Positions 13,501-25,239 of a stretch of 64,000 nt of DNA are shown here, one piece after another. Below the pieces are notes generated by a model. That model was not told where the DNA came from and did no database searches. It saw nothing but the letters and a program-made list of their open reading frames with translations. Position numbers and translations under genes: made by a program. Source of the stretch: Gnetum montanum (taxonomy: Eukaryota; Plantae; Gnetophyta); assembly GCA_015680685.1 (NCBI GenBank), contig MNCI01002312.1, positions 453,652-517,651 of the forward strand. The letters are read 5' to 3'. How positions within the stretch are numbered: position 1 is the stretch's first letter; each line of letters starts with the position of its first letter.

Positions 13501-15099
13501 CATCATCCGTGCTAATAACCTCTACTGGCTCCTCAGTTGTTTTTGAAAGTTTTTTTTACAACATTCTTCATATGTTTGACCATTCTTACTTTTTCCTTTA
13601 TTTATTTCTATATGTATATATGTACTTATCTTTTAGTTGTTTTCTACCTCTCATTAATAAGCTATCTTATTTTCAAAAGACATACTAGTATAGTTGTTCC
13701 TCTTTGTGATGGTGCATATTATAGTCTGCCTATTATATCTAGTTCCTGCCTTAGCATTTCTATTCCAAGAAGTCACGTTATAATTTCATTTCATTTAATA
13801 GGCAGTAAGTCCATGTCATCCACCCATCCAACCACTCCATTGTTTTCCTTATTTTGGAAACATGCAATCCCTTTTCCATTAAAACAAATTTTAATTAATT
13901 GGTGACTTGTGTAGTTTGTAGACTTGAGGAGGACCCAATGGTTTGAATAGGGTGTGACTTCAAGGGGAATTCAACATTCTTCATACTTTTCTATTCCCTT
14001 ATCTGCAAGAGTGTCCTCATGGACTACTTACCACTCCAATATCCTCCCATACCACTACATGGGTTTTTTCATGGTGTGGTTCCCATAAAAAAACATGGGA
14101 ATTCAAAACACACCCCGTAGACCACCTCTAATGGGCTATAAGCACTAGTTATGGGACTTGTTTTGTTCCCTCTAACTTAGCCCCTTTTTCACTTCCTATC
14201 TCTCACTCATGTTGGAGTGGTGTTTGTTTGTGGAGCATTCTTATGCCTTAAAGGAATGGACTAGTCTTAGAATGTTGATGCGATATCACTAAGCATGGTT
14301 GGTTTTGGATCTGAACTAAGGATGGCTCCTACCAAGTCACTTAATCACACACTTCACAAGGGATTTCATATGACCAAACTTAGGAATTCCATTTCACTCC
14401 CTCTTCTCTCCATCATTTGCTTCCCATTACCTACCTCATTGCTAGTTTTATGTGTTGATCATTTTTTGTGCCTTGCTTGAACTCATAAATTCTTCGGCTG
14501 GTTCTCATGGTGTGAGGATTAACTTGTGGTAACCATTAGCTAACTATAGGGCCCACTGACTCCTATATTGATGATGTGCAAGTGCAACTAAGGCTAATGC
14601 CTGCTATGGGGAGAACCCACTTGCATATCCTTTGGTACCGATTGTTAATCTCCTTCCCCTTTGGTATAATTCGTTAATCATCTCCACTCTATCCATCACA
14701 TGGCTCTTCACCCACAAAGTTCCATCTTATGATATTCTCCTACCTTCAACTATTCTTTTGATGACAATCTTCCTTCCTCTTTCTATTGGATAGTTCTCTA
14801 GTCTCTAATTTCTTACATCGCCCCAACTTTGTGTTCCAATCTAAAGATTTGGGTCCTTACTTCATCGGTCAATGCAAGTCAACTAAGCTGAATAACTACA
14901 TCAACTAGGCCCCCTATACGCATCCCCCTGCATTTACGTAGCCTCATTTATGTGGCCCTATCGATGCATGTCAAAAATACTATATATACCCATGTTTTGC
15001 CTTAAAATTACTTTTCCTTGAAATTGAAAAATGATTTACTAAAAAAAACATGGAAGGTGAGCTCTACCCTTTCCCTGCCTAATTAGGAAGTTGTGAAAA

Positions 15100-17100
15100 T
15101 GGGTAGAGATAACACGTTATGCTAAAGATACACTTCATCATGCCCTAGTTGCCTCATGGTGCAAAATGATGAAAGACAAGACTCTTGCCCAATGCAAATA
15201 AGGGAAGAGTAGCAACCACCTCCACCATTGGCACAAACAACAAGGTCGAGCTCATAAACAATCATAGGACACATAAGCAAGATTTTTCAATCGCTCTTGA
15301 GCCAGCAAGAGCAATTAGTAGGAACTAGTGGTGGAGAAGACCCTTTGATGTACCACCCTGCAATGAGCCATCTTGAACAAGTGGCTCGATCTGTAAGTTT
15401 TCTAGAGAGAACAAGGTCGATGTTTTCTACCACATGAACACAAGCCTGCAAGAATAGACCTTAGTGTCTGAGAAGTAATGGTGTCCACCCAACAACTATT
15501 TTCTAAAATTTTAGAAAATGCCACTACTTTTTCTATGTGCTTGGAGGATAGAGAGGGGGTGACTTTCCTAGTAATGCAACACCAAGGATAAGAGGTTGCA
15601 GTAGAAGTGGTTGCTAAAACAATCACTATGACTCTTAATGCACCTACGACACTTGAACTAGATGTACATGAACTTGGAGATGTACAGATGTCCACAGGAA
15701 CTCAACGTAGTAGAATCAATGTAGCCCAATATGAAGAATTGTTGGACCAACTGGTGGGAACCGAGCAACCACTTCTGGATATTTTTGATCTTCTAGACAA
15801 CATCACTACCACTCAGTCAAAGTTACTCTCAACCAAGGATAAGTGCCTCATCTTGGAGGGGCAACTTGAAGTAGCCCAAGTAGATTATCAATGCTTTGCT
15901 ATGGAATTTGCCCAACTGAGGGCCCAACTTGCAAATATAGCTCTCCTCAACTGTGAACTTACTAGGGATGAAGCTTTTCAACAGCTTGAAACCAAACTTT
16001 AGACATTTGAGAATGAGTGAGAGTTGAAAATCTTTGACAAGTCCTTAATAGATGCTCAATCTTACCATCTAAATAAGGACTTAATAGAGGTTCACCAAGA
16101 GAATGTTAGGCTAACTACATAAGTTCCTTGCCTGTGCAATGTTGGTGTTGAAAATCAACACATGAAAGATTTTATTCATCAACAATAGGAGGAGCTAGCT
16201 AGGGTAAACATTGATGTAAGGAGATTGACAGTTGAAAATCATAATCTGTCCATGGAGGAAGTTCAAGCCTTGCGATAGAAATCAGCTATTGAAATCACCA
16301 CTTAGAAAAATGAGGCCCTTAAGTTTGAATGAGTAAAAAATCATTATAGGGACCAAGTGGGATTGCAAAAGGAAGTCAATAAAAAATAGATTCAAGTTGA
16401 AAAGGTTACAGTGAACCAAGCACTCCAACATCTCAGGGAAGGAGGCAAGGTTTGGAAACCCATCTTCGATGGATTGAACGCCTACAACCAAGCTAAAATC
16501 CATCTCAAAGAGCTACAGATTGAAGAGATGATAGAATACATGGAATTAGCCAATCTCCATTATGCAAACTTGGCTATGCTGATAGCTGGAAGGCTGTGGT
16601 CAAATGTGGAGAAACATGTGGCCACCTCGTATTCTTTATAAGAGGGCGAGTTCCAAGCACATAACAAGATAATGAAAAAGCTAGAAATAGTCAATGTGGA
16701 ACTCGAAGTTTTTCATACCCATTTTAAAGGATAATGCGTAGTTGTAGAGAACTTGGCTCAATGAATAAATGAATACTAGCAGTTGCAAACATCGGTCTGA
16801 GCATTCGATATTGAATGAAAATAGTTTGCTACCTAGTTTGTCAATTTGAAGGAACTCTTCCCTACACTTCCATGCCCTTGGGATGTTCCCATTCTAGCAC
16901 ACATAGGTGAAGCTACCTGGATGATGAATGATCCCAAAAGAAAAGAGAAGATGATAAGGACATTTCTGGAGGATTTTTGATTACCTCTAAAAGTTGCAGC
17001 GACTACATGAAAACCATCATCAATGCCTCAACTACCATGTGCACCAGAAGCTAGCAAAGGCCCATCAAAACCACCACCACTAAGAACTATGTGACCTTCT
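15100..17100 (+). pseudogene. Extra 3' ORF (env-position), coiled-coil rich, decayed
   Basis: ORF pieces 15607-16002 and 16411-16641; C-terminal LANLHYANLAMLI...PWDVPILAHIG homologous to ~60270-60700. Confidence 0.65.
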
Positions 17101-17333
17101 CCAGCAACTTCAACATTTCAATAGGGTTGAGAATCTATGGTTGTTAGGGTGTTTAATTCCATTGTCTATGAACATTGCAATTTTGTAATTTGGTTTGCCA
17201 TACACTAGGACACTTAATATGTTAATAGAGTTAGTGTGTGTGTAAATGTGTTTTGTTGTGTGTACCATCAATAACTTCATGCCTTCCAAATTGTAATAAA
17301 CTTGAGGATGAGTTTTCACTTAGTTGTGGGGTA

Positions 17334-18225
17334 TGATGAAGTGTTTAGTTGATACATCGACTAGGTTGGGTTAACGAAGCCTCATCAACGCAGCCACGTT
17401 GATGCATCACCGTCCACGTATCCGTCCATGCATTAACGTGACCTTGTTAATGCAGAGCCTGTCTCTCGCTATAAATATATGTGCACCTGCAACATTTATG
17501 GCATCTTTTTGGTAGTTGTAGCAAAGCCCTTGCAGTTTGTTTTCATGTAGGTTAGAATATTTCCCAAGTGCTCACAGTATGTGTGAGAAAGGTGTACAAC
17601 TCTTTATTCGAGTGCTAATGTACCTGAGCCCATTGGCGTGGGTGACAATAAAGATGAGCTTTTTGAACATTCTTTGTAGCATTTGGATTTAATTATTTAA
17701 GCATTAAAACACTTTAATATTTTAACATTTTAAGCATTCCAAAGCCCGTTATTATTATCACTTTATGGTTATTGTCCTTTTCATATTCTATGAGAACCAT
17801 AGGCATGACCATCTCAAACATATATCAAAAACTTGGTAACCCAGTGACACTTAACGTTTGGTAACCTAGGAGTGGTTAGGATATGCTCAGGATGTGCATG
17901 AAATATGGGATCAGTTGCTTATGCTAGAAAGAATTAAGCAATAGAGCAGAACAATTACAAATTACCCAACTTTCCATTTCCTACATTAAAAGAATTAGAC
18001 ATTTAAAGATAAAAAAACTGATAAAAATCATTTGGCTCAATCTCACTCAACCATTGCTTTAGAATATCACAAGTGAGATTGGGAAGACAATGACAATTCT
18101 TATTAAGGTTTTGTTGGCTAGAATTTAGTGTACGTAAGTGCTTGCAGTCTGTAGAATTCGACCGAGTCACTCGTGAATGCCCGTGATTCATATGGTTGGG
18201 CATAGGGGTACCTCACTGCCCATCA
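17334..18225 (+). repeat. 3' LTR
   Basis: Direct repeat of 6254-7147, preceded by PPT. Confidence 0.95.
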
Positions 18226-21200
18226 AAGGGTAAGCATGGTTTTAAGTTTTTGTTTTTGGCTACTGTAATTATTGGTTTTACTAGGATATTTGGTTTTAAC
18301 ATTTTTCTTGCTTGAATTTGTGTACTTATAGGTACAAGGTGGATGACAAGGGGTTCATCAAGCAGGACTAGCTTCTATTCTTAGTCCAAATAGCATTGGA
18401 GGTTTTTTCCAAAAACCCCATAGTAAGGCTTGCAGTGGTGGAGCAACTAAGAGGTGACTTGGGCAGGTACACCACATGTTACTCCAAAGCCTACCAATGT
18501 TTTGTAGCCAATGGGACAATGCATGGCTGGTGGGATAAGTCATATCTCATCCATATACCCATTGAAGGCCCCCTACAATCCTCTTTCAGCAAGAAAGGTA
18601 AGACTTATATTTTTGTTTATATTTCTATTTTCATGTCAACATTTTCATGGCTATACAATTGTAGGTTACTTAGGCTTTAAGTGTCTAAATAGTTTTAATG
18701 GCTATGTTTGACTATAAATTTGGTTTCAATTCAGTTATACTTTGTTATATTTTTTGTTTTATCTACCTATGCCTATGCTAATAAACCCTTTGTTATATTG
18801 TAGGTGTTAGCACCTCCTCCATCGTTGCACTTGTTATTTCAAGATTCTTTGAGGAGACTTTGATTCTCAAGTATGGAAAGGTGGATTTGGTGTAGCAATG
18901 GTTGGCTAGCAAGGTACCTAGGCCTATCCAAGAAAACATTGCTAATTCAAGTTTGCGTGATCCATTTTCCCCTAGCACCATTGTGTCTACCCTTGAGATG
19001 ATGAACAGCATTTACTCTTTGATCAAGGAGTGAAGAAGTTCATCATCCAAGTTCATGGTATTCTTGTTACCTTAACCATCAATGAATCCACTTTTAGTGA
19101 TCTCTTTGGTATTCCTCGTGAAGGCCTAAAGTTTGTCACTAAGGTGGGTAAAGATGTGGAGCACCAAGAGGAGGTGGAGGAGCGGCTAGGCACTCGATGT
19201 GATCATAACGGGTTGTCTTGTAGCCAATTCAAGGCTAAGGAGGCATATCCCTTATTCCACTCCTAGGGGTTCCCCAAGTTGTTGTCATAGGGAAAAATCA
19301 TGAGAATTGAACATGTGTGAACCATGAAGAATGTTATTTTGGAGGATGCTCAATTCAACTAGATTGGTCACTTAGTTTCTAGGCTTCATGGTGAAATCCT
19401 CAAACTCCATGACAACCTCACAACAAAATGCCACATGCATTATGCATTCTTCTCAACATATTTGAGGAGGTTCATGGAGTTCCTATTGGTGAGGAAGGAT
19501 GGAAAATGGGTAAGCCAATATCCATTCTAACTCTTCAAGCCATGTGTTAAACATGTTTATCCCACTATGTAGACTCAGAACCAGCCACAGGATGTTGGGT
19601 AGTCATCGTCTATTACCGCTAAGGCACTTAGTGGTAGGTGTTGTGTTTCCCTTGATAGCATGGGGATTCAGCCCTAGGTTATGCATGGAGATGTAGATCA
19701 GGCTAGGACATTATGAGCTGAAGCTGAGGATTTAGCTAGAGCCAAATTGAAGAGGCCCATGGTCAAATAGGAAGCACAAGTCATTAAGTAACCCTCCAAG
19801 AGTAGGTTTGTGGTGAGACTGGGCTCAATAAGCAATGTGGTCACAAGTATGATTTAACTTATCTCAGTTGTTTCACATTGTTGTATTTTATGTTATAGGG
19901 CTATATTGTTATTATAAGGCAAGATATACTAAGTTATGCCATGTTTTGCTCTTATTGTTGTTGTGGACAAACAACAAAAGTTAGCAGACCAAGTAACAAT
20001 AATAGATGTGGAGCAAAGACACCTAGAGGAGGAGATCCTAGAACACCATGAGGATGAAGGATTATCTAATTCCCATTGGATGACTTTGAGACCATATTCA
20101 ATTTCTCACAGCTCAGTTTACCACCTGTCATCATTTGAGAGGATGCTCCAAGTACGTATGCGTTTGTTTCATGTGTTTAAGTTATGTTGCTTTGTGCTTA
20201 AGCTTGGTCTTAATTGTTTATGGGTTGTTATGCTTACCTTAGATACTAAGCCATAGCCTACAACCTCCACCTCCACATTTGCATGAAGAAATGAGTGAAC
20301 ATTCTAAACAAGAGGGAGTTCACGTAGGGGATAGCAAAGGATATGATTGATCAATTGCATTAGGTTGCTCCCGATATGGGTAAGTACTTAGTTCATCTTG
20401 CACTTTATATTTTTTGCTTTATTGTTGTATTGTTTTAGTTATTTTGTTGTTTGTTATTCTTTGGCTATTTGGTTACTTATTGTTTTTGCTTATGTTTTAG
20501 TTTATGTTATTTTTAATACCTATGCTTAGATGAGATCCCAACCATCCCATTGAGATCAATGCCTTACCTAGCCTATCATCAAATGTAGAGAGTGTACCAC
20601 ATACGTTATATGAAAGTGCCACTGATTGTGCATTTTCATGTACCAAAAACTTCATGGGAAATTAAACATTCCAATGAGTTCCTATGGAAATGTGTTGTAG
20701 TGTTGGAGAAAGAAAACAAGAGACTAGTTGAGGTAAACAAAGATCTCAAGGATCATAAGGAATTCGTGAAAGCCCAAGTGGCTAATAGGAATTCCTTGTG
20801 AACCAAGGAGATCGAATGGGCACAGTACTAGAATGCCATCCATAGCAAGGTTACCCTTGCTTGGTAGGTTGCTGAATAGAAGCTGCAAATTAACTTGCAC
20901 ATGCGCAATACTAAGGAGTAGAGAGACTGTTGTGCTTGGATTCTTGAGTGGGATAGAGCATAGAAGGACCGCAAGAAGAAGTATAAGGCTGAGCATGAAG
21001 CTTACCTTAAGTGCTTAAAGGAGGAGTCCATCAATCAACGCAAGTTAGAGCTATTTGTGAGGGGGATTTAGGCAGAAGATGTCTTTGAACTATTTGAAGG
21101 CATCCTAACCATGGTTGGATCCCCATCTCCTAAGATGTCCATCACTACCACTTTTGGAGAGGTGACTACTAGGACATTTTCATGAGAGCCACCCACATGT

Positions 21201-21452
21201 ACAAACATTGATGACAACACCCTAACAAGTAGAAATCTTGGGGAGGTGGATTGGGCCCACATGACTGAGGAACAGATCCTCCATCATTTAGAGGTTGGTC
21301 TTTGAAATCTCTCACTAAAAGATGTTGCTTCTAGGCCCTTTGAAGTTTGCTTATTTAATTTTGTTAGCACATTTTGGTCATTTAATAAAGTAGGCTTTAT
21401 GAGATATATTCCATCCTTCTTTTTATGAATGCTACACGCTATTTTTTTGTGG

Positions 21453-21818
21453 GTGAGAAGCAAGGGACCTTTCTTGCTTTACAAAGACGAACATCAAAAG
21501 TGCTGCAGAATTAGGAGGGTTGCACCACTTACGTGAGCCCTTAAAGGCCTTAGGGCTTGGATAACTGGATAGCGATAGACCAGCTTAAACGTTCCTATTG
21601 TCCAAGTGGATCCATCGTTGAAGGGCTTGATGACGGTGTGGGCAGTCTATTTAAATTTAACCTACTAGCCAGTGTTAGCGGTGACATTTTAACATTGTCT
21701 GAAAATTATGGCGGGAAATGAATACTCCCGTCAACGCTTTGCATTCTCAGGCGTACGTTTCTATTGGATGCGAGCCATGCACAAGGTCACTGTTGCCGGG
21801 CAACCTGAATTAGAAGGA
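21453..21818 (+). pseudogene. APR: Captured 5'-adenylylsulfate (APS) reductase fragment
   Basis: VRSKG...HQKCCRIRRVAPL.*ALKGLRAWITG...VPIVQVDPS/EGLDDGVGSL.K...[20 protein letters not shown]; diagnostic plant APR motifs with frameshifts; absent from the ORF track. Confidence 0.92.
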
Positions 21819-21834
21819 GCAAATTGCATTACTT

Positions 21835-22222
21835 CATCAAACTTGAAAGTGGGCCGCTCCAGTCATGGAAAGTGTCTGTGAGATGGCAAGAAACAGACGG
21901 ACAGTCCTGCACAAGCTGGCGCATCATATTTTCAACATGAACCACCATGGCGCTTCTAACGGATTTATAATGCTCTAGTCTGTAAACGTCTGTCCGTCTG
22001 CGGTGGAAGTCAGTCTGGAATCTGCAAAGATCTGAGATCAATTCCCAGAGCATCTCTGCTCTGAAGAATTGGGTCTTCTCTATCATTGGTTTTCAGCAAC
22101 TCTACGTGGGCTGCTTCTGTGTTGACGAATGTGACCACTACACCTGCCTCTGCAATCTTTCGCACCAGCTGAAGCATCGGATTCATATAGCCCTGCAATG
22201 GAAACACAAACGCTACCACATG
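21835..22222 (-). pseudogene. Captured UDP-glycosyltransferase N-terminal fragment
   Basis: [19 protein letters not shown]...VTFVNTE...LQIPD and, after a frameshift, PSVSCHLTDTFHDW. Confidence 0.9.
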
Positions 22223-22476
22223 CCCGAAGTCTACAATTCAGTGACAATCCAGATTATGCCTACTTGAAGAATTTATTTCGTGAATTGTTTATTCGACAAA
22301 GTTTTGAATACGATTATGTTTTTGACTGGACCATCTTAAAGTACCAACAAGCACAGAGTTCTAGATCAGCGCCAAAACTTTTGTCGGTACAGCAAGATCC
22401 GGGTAGTAGAGCACTGCAATCATCTGCTACATTTGGTGCAGCTACCGGCACTGTTCATGAGCAAATTGAAGCTGCC
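22221..22476 (+). pseudogene. CK1: Captured casein kinase 1 C-terminal fragment
   Basis: [42 protein letters not shown]. Confidence 0.92.
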
Positions 22477-22550
22477 GAATTGCCAGAAAGGCTCAGTGCG
22501 ATGAGCTTTGTTAGATGTCCAATATCAGGCACAATAATCCTCTCCAAGCC
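22477..22550 (-). pseudogene. Captured single plant extracellular LRR (RLK/RLP-like)
   Basis: [25 protein letters not shown] fits LxGxIPxxIGxLxxLxxLxLxxN. Confidence 0.7.
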
Positions 22551-23029
22551 TTCCAGTTCCTTCATGACGAAAATCTCCGCAATGACTGGGATATTCTGTT
22601 GAATGGTGGAATGGTGCAGGAAATGGCACACATTGCAAACAAGCAAGAATAATAAAAAAGACTGCGTATCACTGTTGCGCATGAACAACCAGAATTGAAA
22701 TCAGGGGAACATGCTAATCCTGCAAGAAAGCAGCACGGATGCATCGGGCTCATACATGATCTACGCATTGGTGGATATCGTGGCCATGAATGTCGTATTC
22801 AGCGGTGGAGATCCCAACTACGTGGCTGTCCTTCCATCAGGATTTGCCATTTACCGGATGGCACGTGCTCACAACGTCCAGATTCTGATAAATTCTCGTC
22901 TATGACTTGCTCAGCCGGTGGTGTGGTGCTACTGTTGGAGGATCTCTTCTCACAGTAGCATTTCAGATTTTAGTTGATTCAGCTTCCACAGTGAAGCTTT
23001 CTCTTGGCTCCGTTGCAACTGTTAACAGT
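22551..23029 (+). pseudogene. Captured class IV HD-ZIP (ATML1/PDF2/HDG-like) C-terminal fragment
   Basis: [28 protein letters not shown]...CVSLLR...[48 protein letters not shown]...[15 protein letters not shown]...[11 protein letters not shown]. Confidence 0.95.
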
Positions 23030-23194
23030 CAAAATCCACTACCAGTGCTCAAGAGCTTGGCTTCATGCAAACACAGAAGCAGTGTAGATTATGGAACTGC
23101 ACAAATTATATCATTGAAGAGAAATTCTCAGATTCTAGAGGCAGAGCAACTGCAGATTGAAAGAGTTCTGTGAAGCGAAAGAAAGAAAGAAACA

Positions 23195-23601
23195 ATGGCA
23201 GGAACAGAGGCGGACGCCGTGGATTTCGAGCCAGAAGAGGACGATCTCATGGACGACGACACGGCAATGGATGAAGCTAATGCTAACACCGATGCAGCAG
23301 CTCCGGCTTCTGCTCTAACCCTGAACGCAACAATCGCTTCTCCGGTTGCGATTTCGAGTCACTTGATTCAGACGGCGGCCCTGGCCCTCAGATATGTATT
23401 GAAGGATGGATAACTTTGGTAACTGAAGTTCATGAGGAAGCACAAGGTGGTATAACAAATCTGAATGGAGCTGAGCTGTTAACGCAGACCATATCTGTTG
23501 ACTGGGCCTTCAGTAATGACCCTTTTAGGCGCAATACGGTCAAGAGGAGGTCACCACGCCGTGGTCATCGATCTAGGAGTCCAGCGAGGAGAAGATACTA
23601 G
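23195..23601 (+). pseudogene. Y14: Y14/RBM8A (exon junction complex) retrocopy, ATG to stop, two internal deletions; 3'UTR-like sequence follows to ~23800
   Basis: AVDFEPEEDDLMD, DFESLDSDGGPGPQ..IEGW, VHEEAQ, LNGAELLTQTISVDWAFS, RSRSPARRRY*. Confidence 0.95.
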
Positions 23602-23859
23602 ATGTCTTTGGCTATATCTCTACTTAGAGGCTTGCTGTAAGTGTTTATGTATGATTTTCATACAACTTTTTCCTGTAAGTTTTACATTTTTGTGGTGAGT
23701 CACCGTTTAAAAGTAAAGTATTAAGAAGCATCGTATGGCAATCCACACCTCTTAACATGTTTTTCTTATGTATTATTAATATGTACCTAACATTGACATT
23801 TGAACAAAGCTTTAAAATGTTATCGATAAAAGAAGAAGACAAAATTATGTGATAGTTAT

Positions 23860-25239
23860 TCAAAAGGACACTTTGGCAACTATAGTTTGTATTTCTATGG
23901 TAGTTATGATTAACTACCATGGTGGTTGTAACAAATTCTCATTAATTTCTATGGTGGTTATAACTAACTCCCATAGTGGTTATAACACACTTTAANAGTG
24001 TGTTATAACCACTATGGGAGTTAGTTATAACCACCANATCTCTCATGATGATTATAATTACTACGAAGCTATTATAAAAAGAGCTTCAAGGGTAGAATAG
24101 AAAGGAAAGGGGGAACTTGGAAGAAGACATATTAAAGATTACTTGTAAGAATGGCTTGTTGATTGCATCATCAATTCAAGTGCTTTATTTAAATCCTATG
24201 AGTTCTTTTCTTCTCATTTTGTCTTAGTTGCGTAGTTAATGATTTAGATAGTTTTGTGTTTGGTATTTAATTTTGAAATTTTCTTATTACTATTATAGCT
24301 CTATTTTTGCACAATTCTAGACTTTTGTTTGGTTGCCATATAAGAGCTTATGTTGTCTTTCGTAAAACATCTTGAGTAATTTAATAGTAATGTCTTTAAT
24401 AGTAATGTCTGAGTCTATAGAGTCTAGAAAATATTTAATATATTGAGTTGACTTGAAATAGCTTCAACTTTTAAAGTCTTTTCCTTGATGTCTCAATTTT
24501 GAAATTCATATATCTTTTCTTATAGTTCTAATATTTGCAATTCATGACTACTATTTAATTAGACAAATAATTGCTTGTATTTTTTTCATTTACAAATCAT
24601 TTTGGTAGTTTAATAAGTGTGTCTTTAATGAAATTGCTTCTTGAGCTTAGAGGATTTGGACAATTTGCAACACTTTAGATTGAATTGAAATAGCTTTATT
24701 TTGAAGTGTTTTATCATGTTCAATTTATTTTGCTTAAATATTTGAGATTTCACACAAATATGATTTTCTTTCTTTTTCTCTTTTAAATTTCATTGAATCT
24801 CACTCTATTTCTATTTTTCTTATGGATCTTCCTCTATGAGGAAAACTAGAAGTAGATTTATGTAGAATTGTGCTTAAGTATTTTAGTAAAATTTTATTTG
24901 TTTCAAGAAATGTACTATAGCTACTATATAGACTAAGTGACTTAACAAAATAGGAATCTTTAATGACTCACAATATTCAACAAGGTTAACTGAATTTCTA
25001 TTATAATGGCTAGTTTCAGTTTCATACACAAGCCTAAGCATTTTAATATTCATAATATCAAGCACACATTTACAGTTAGTTCACTCTATTACCACTAAGT
25101 TTATTTGGAGGTATTTAGGCATTGGTGTTTCAAGGGACTAATAAACACCTAAACTCAAGTTTGAAGGAACACCTTCATTTCCTATGATCCCAATCACAAG
25201 AGTGAAGGAACATGTTCGCAGTCCCAAATGGTCCCAACA
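23860..25239 (+). repeat. Conserved LTR core of copy R
   Basis: Inverted homologue of 24-1150; clustered GTT(A/G)TAAC motifs, then TATA box and purine-rich R-like segment. Confidence 0.88.
24073..24080 (+). promoter_or_regulatory. LTR TATA box
   Basis: TATAAAAAGAGCTTCAAGGG; counterparts at 903-910 (-) and 63922-63929. Confidence 0.65.

Larger units (their letters stand above)
6254..18225 (+). mobile_element. Full-length decayed Athila-type Ty3/gypsy retrotransposon
   Basis: Paired LTRs TGATG...CATCA, TSD AAGGA/AAGGG, tRNA-Asp-type PBS, gag-PR-RT-RH-IN order, internal and terminal PPT, extra 3' ORF. Confidence 0.95.
21362..25239 (+). mobile_element. 3.9-kb solo LTR with host-gene mosaic in U3 (copy R)
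   Basis: Termini TGTTAGCACATTTTGG...CCAAATGGTCCCAACA (12/16 inverted match), flanks AATTT/TATTT, TATAAAAA at 24073; splits an intron of the element-A antisense gene. Confidence 0.8.

Noticed and set aside
21453-23601. Functional gene cluster or chimeric protein
   Set aside because: Fragments are truncated, frameshifted and in mixed orientation; the longest ORF is 134 aa and runs into antisense LRR sequence
23952-24037. Perfect 40-bp inverted repeat
   Set aside because: The second arm is bracketed by single Ns (23996, 24037), so it is most likely a gap-filling artefact
24-25010. One giant Pack-MULE with 1.1-kb TIRs (24-1150 and 23860-25010)
   Set aside because: The right copy has its own TG...CA ends and 5-bp TSD and sits inside an intron of element A that continues on both sides, so the inverted arrangement is two independent insertions
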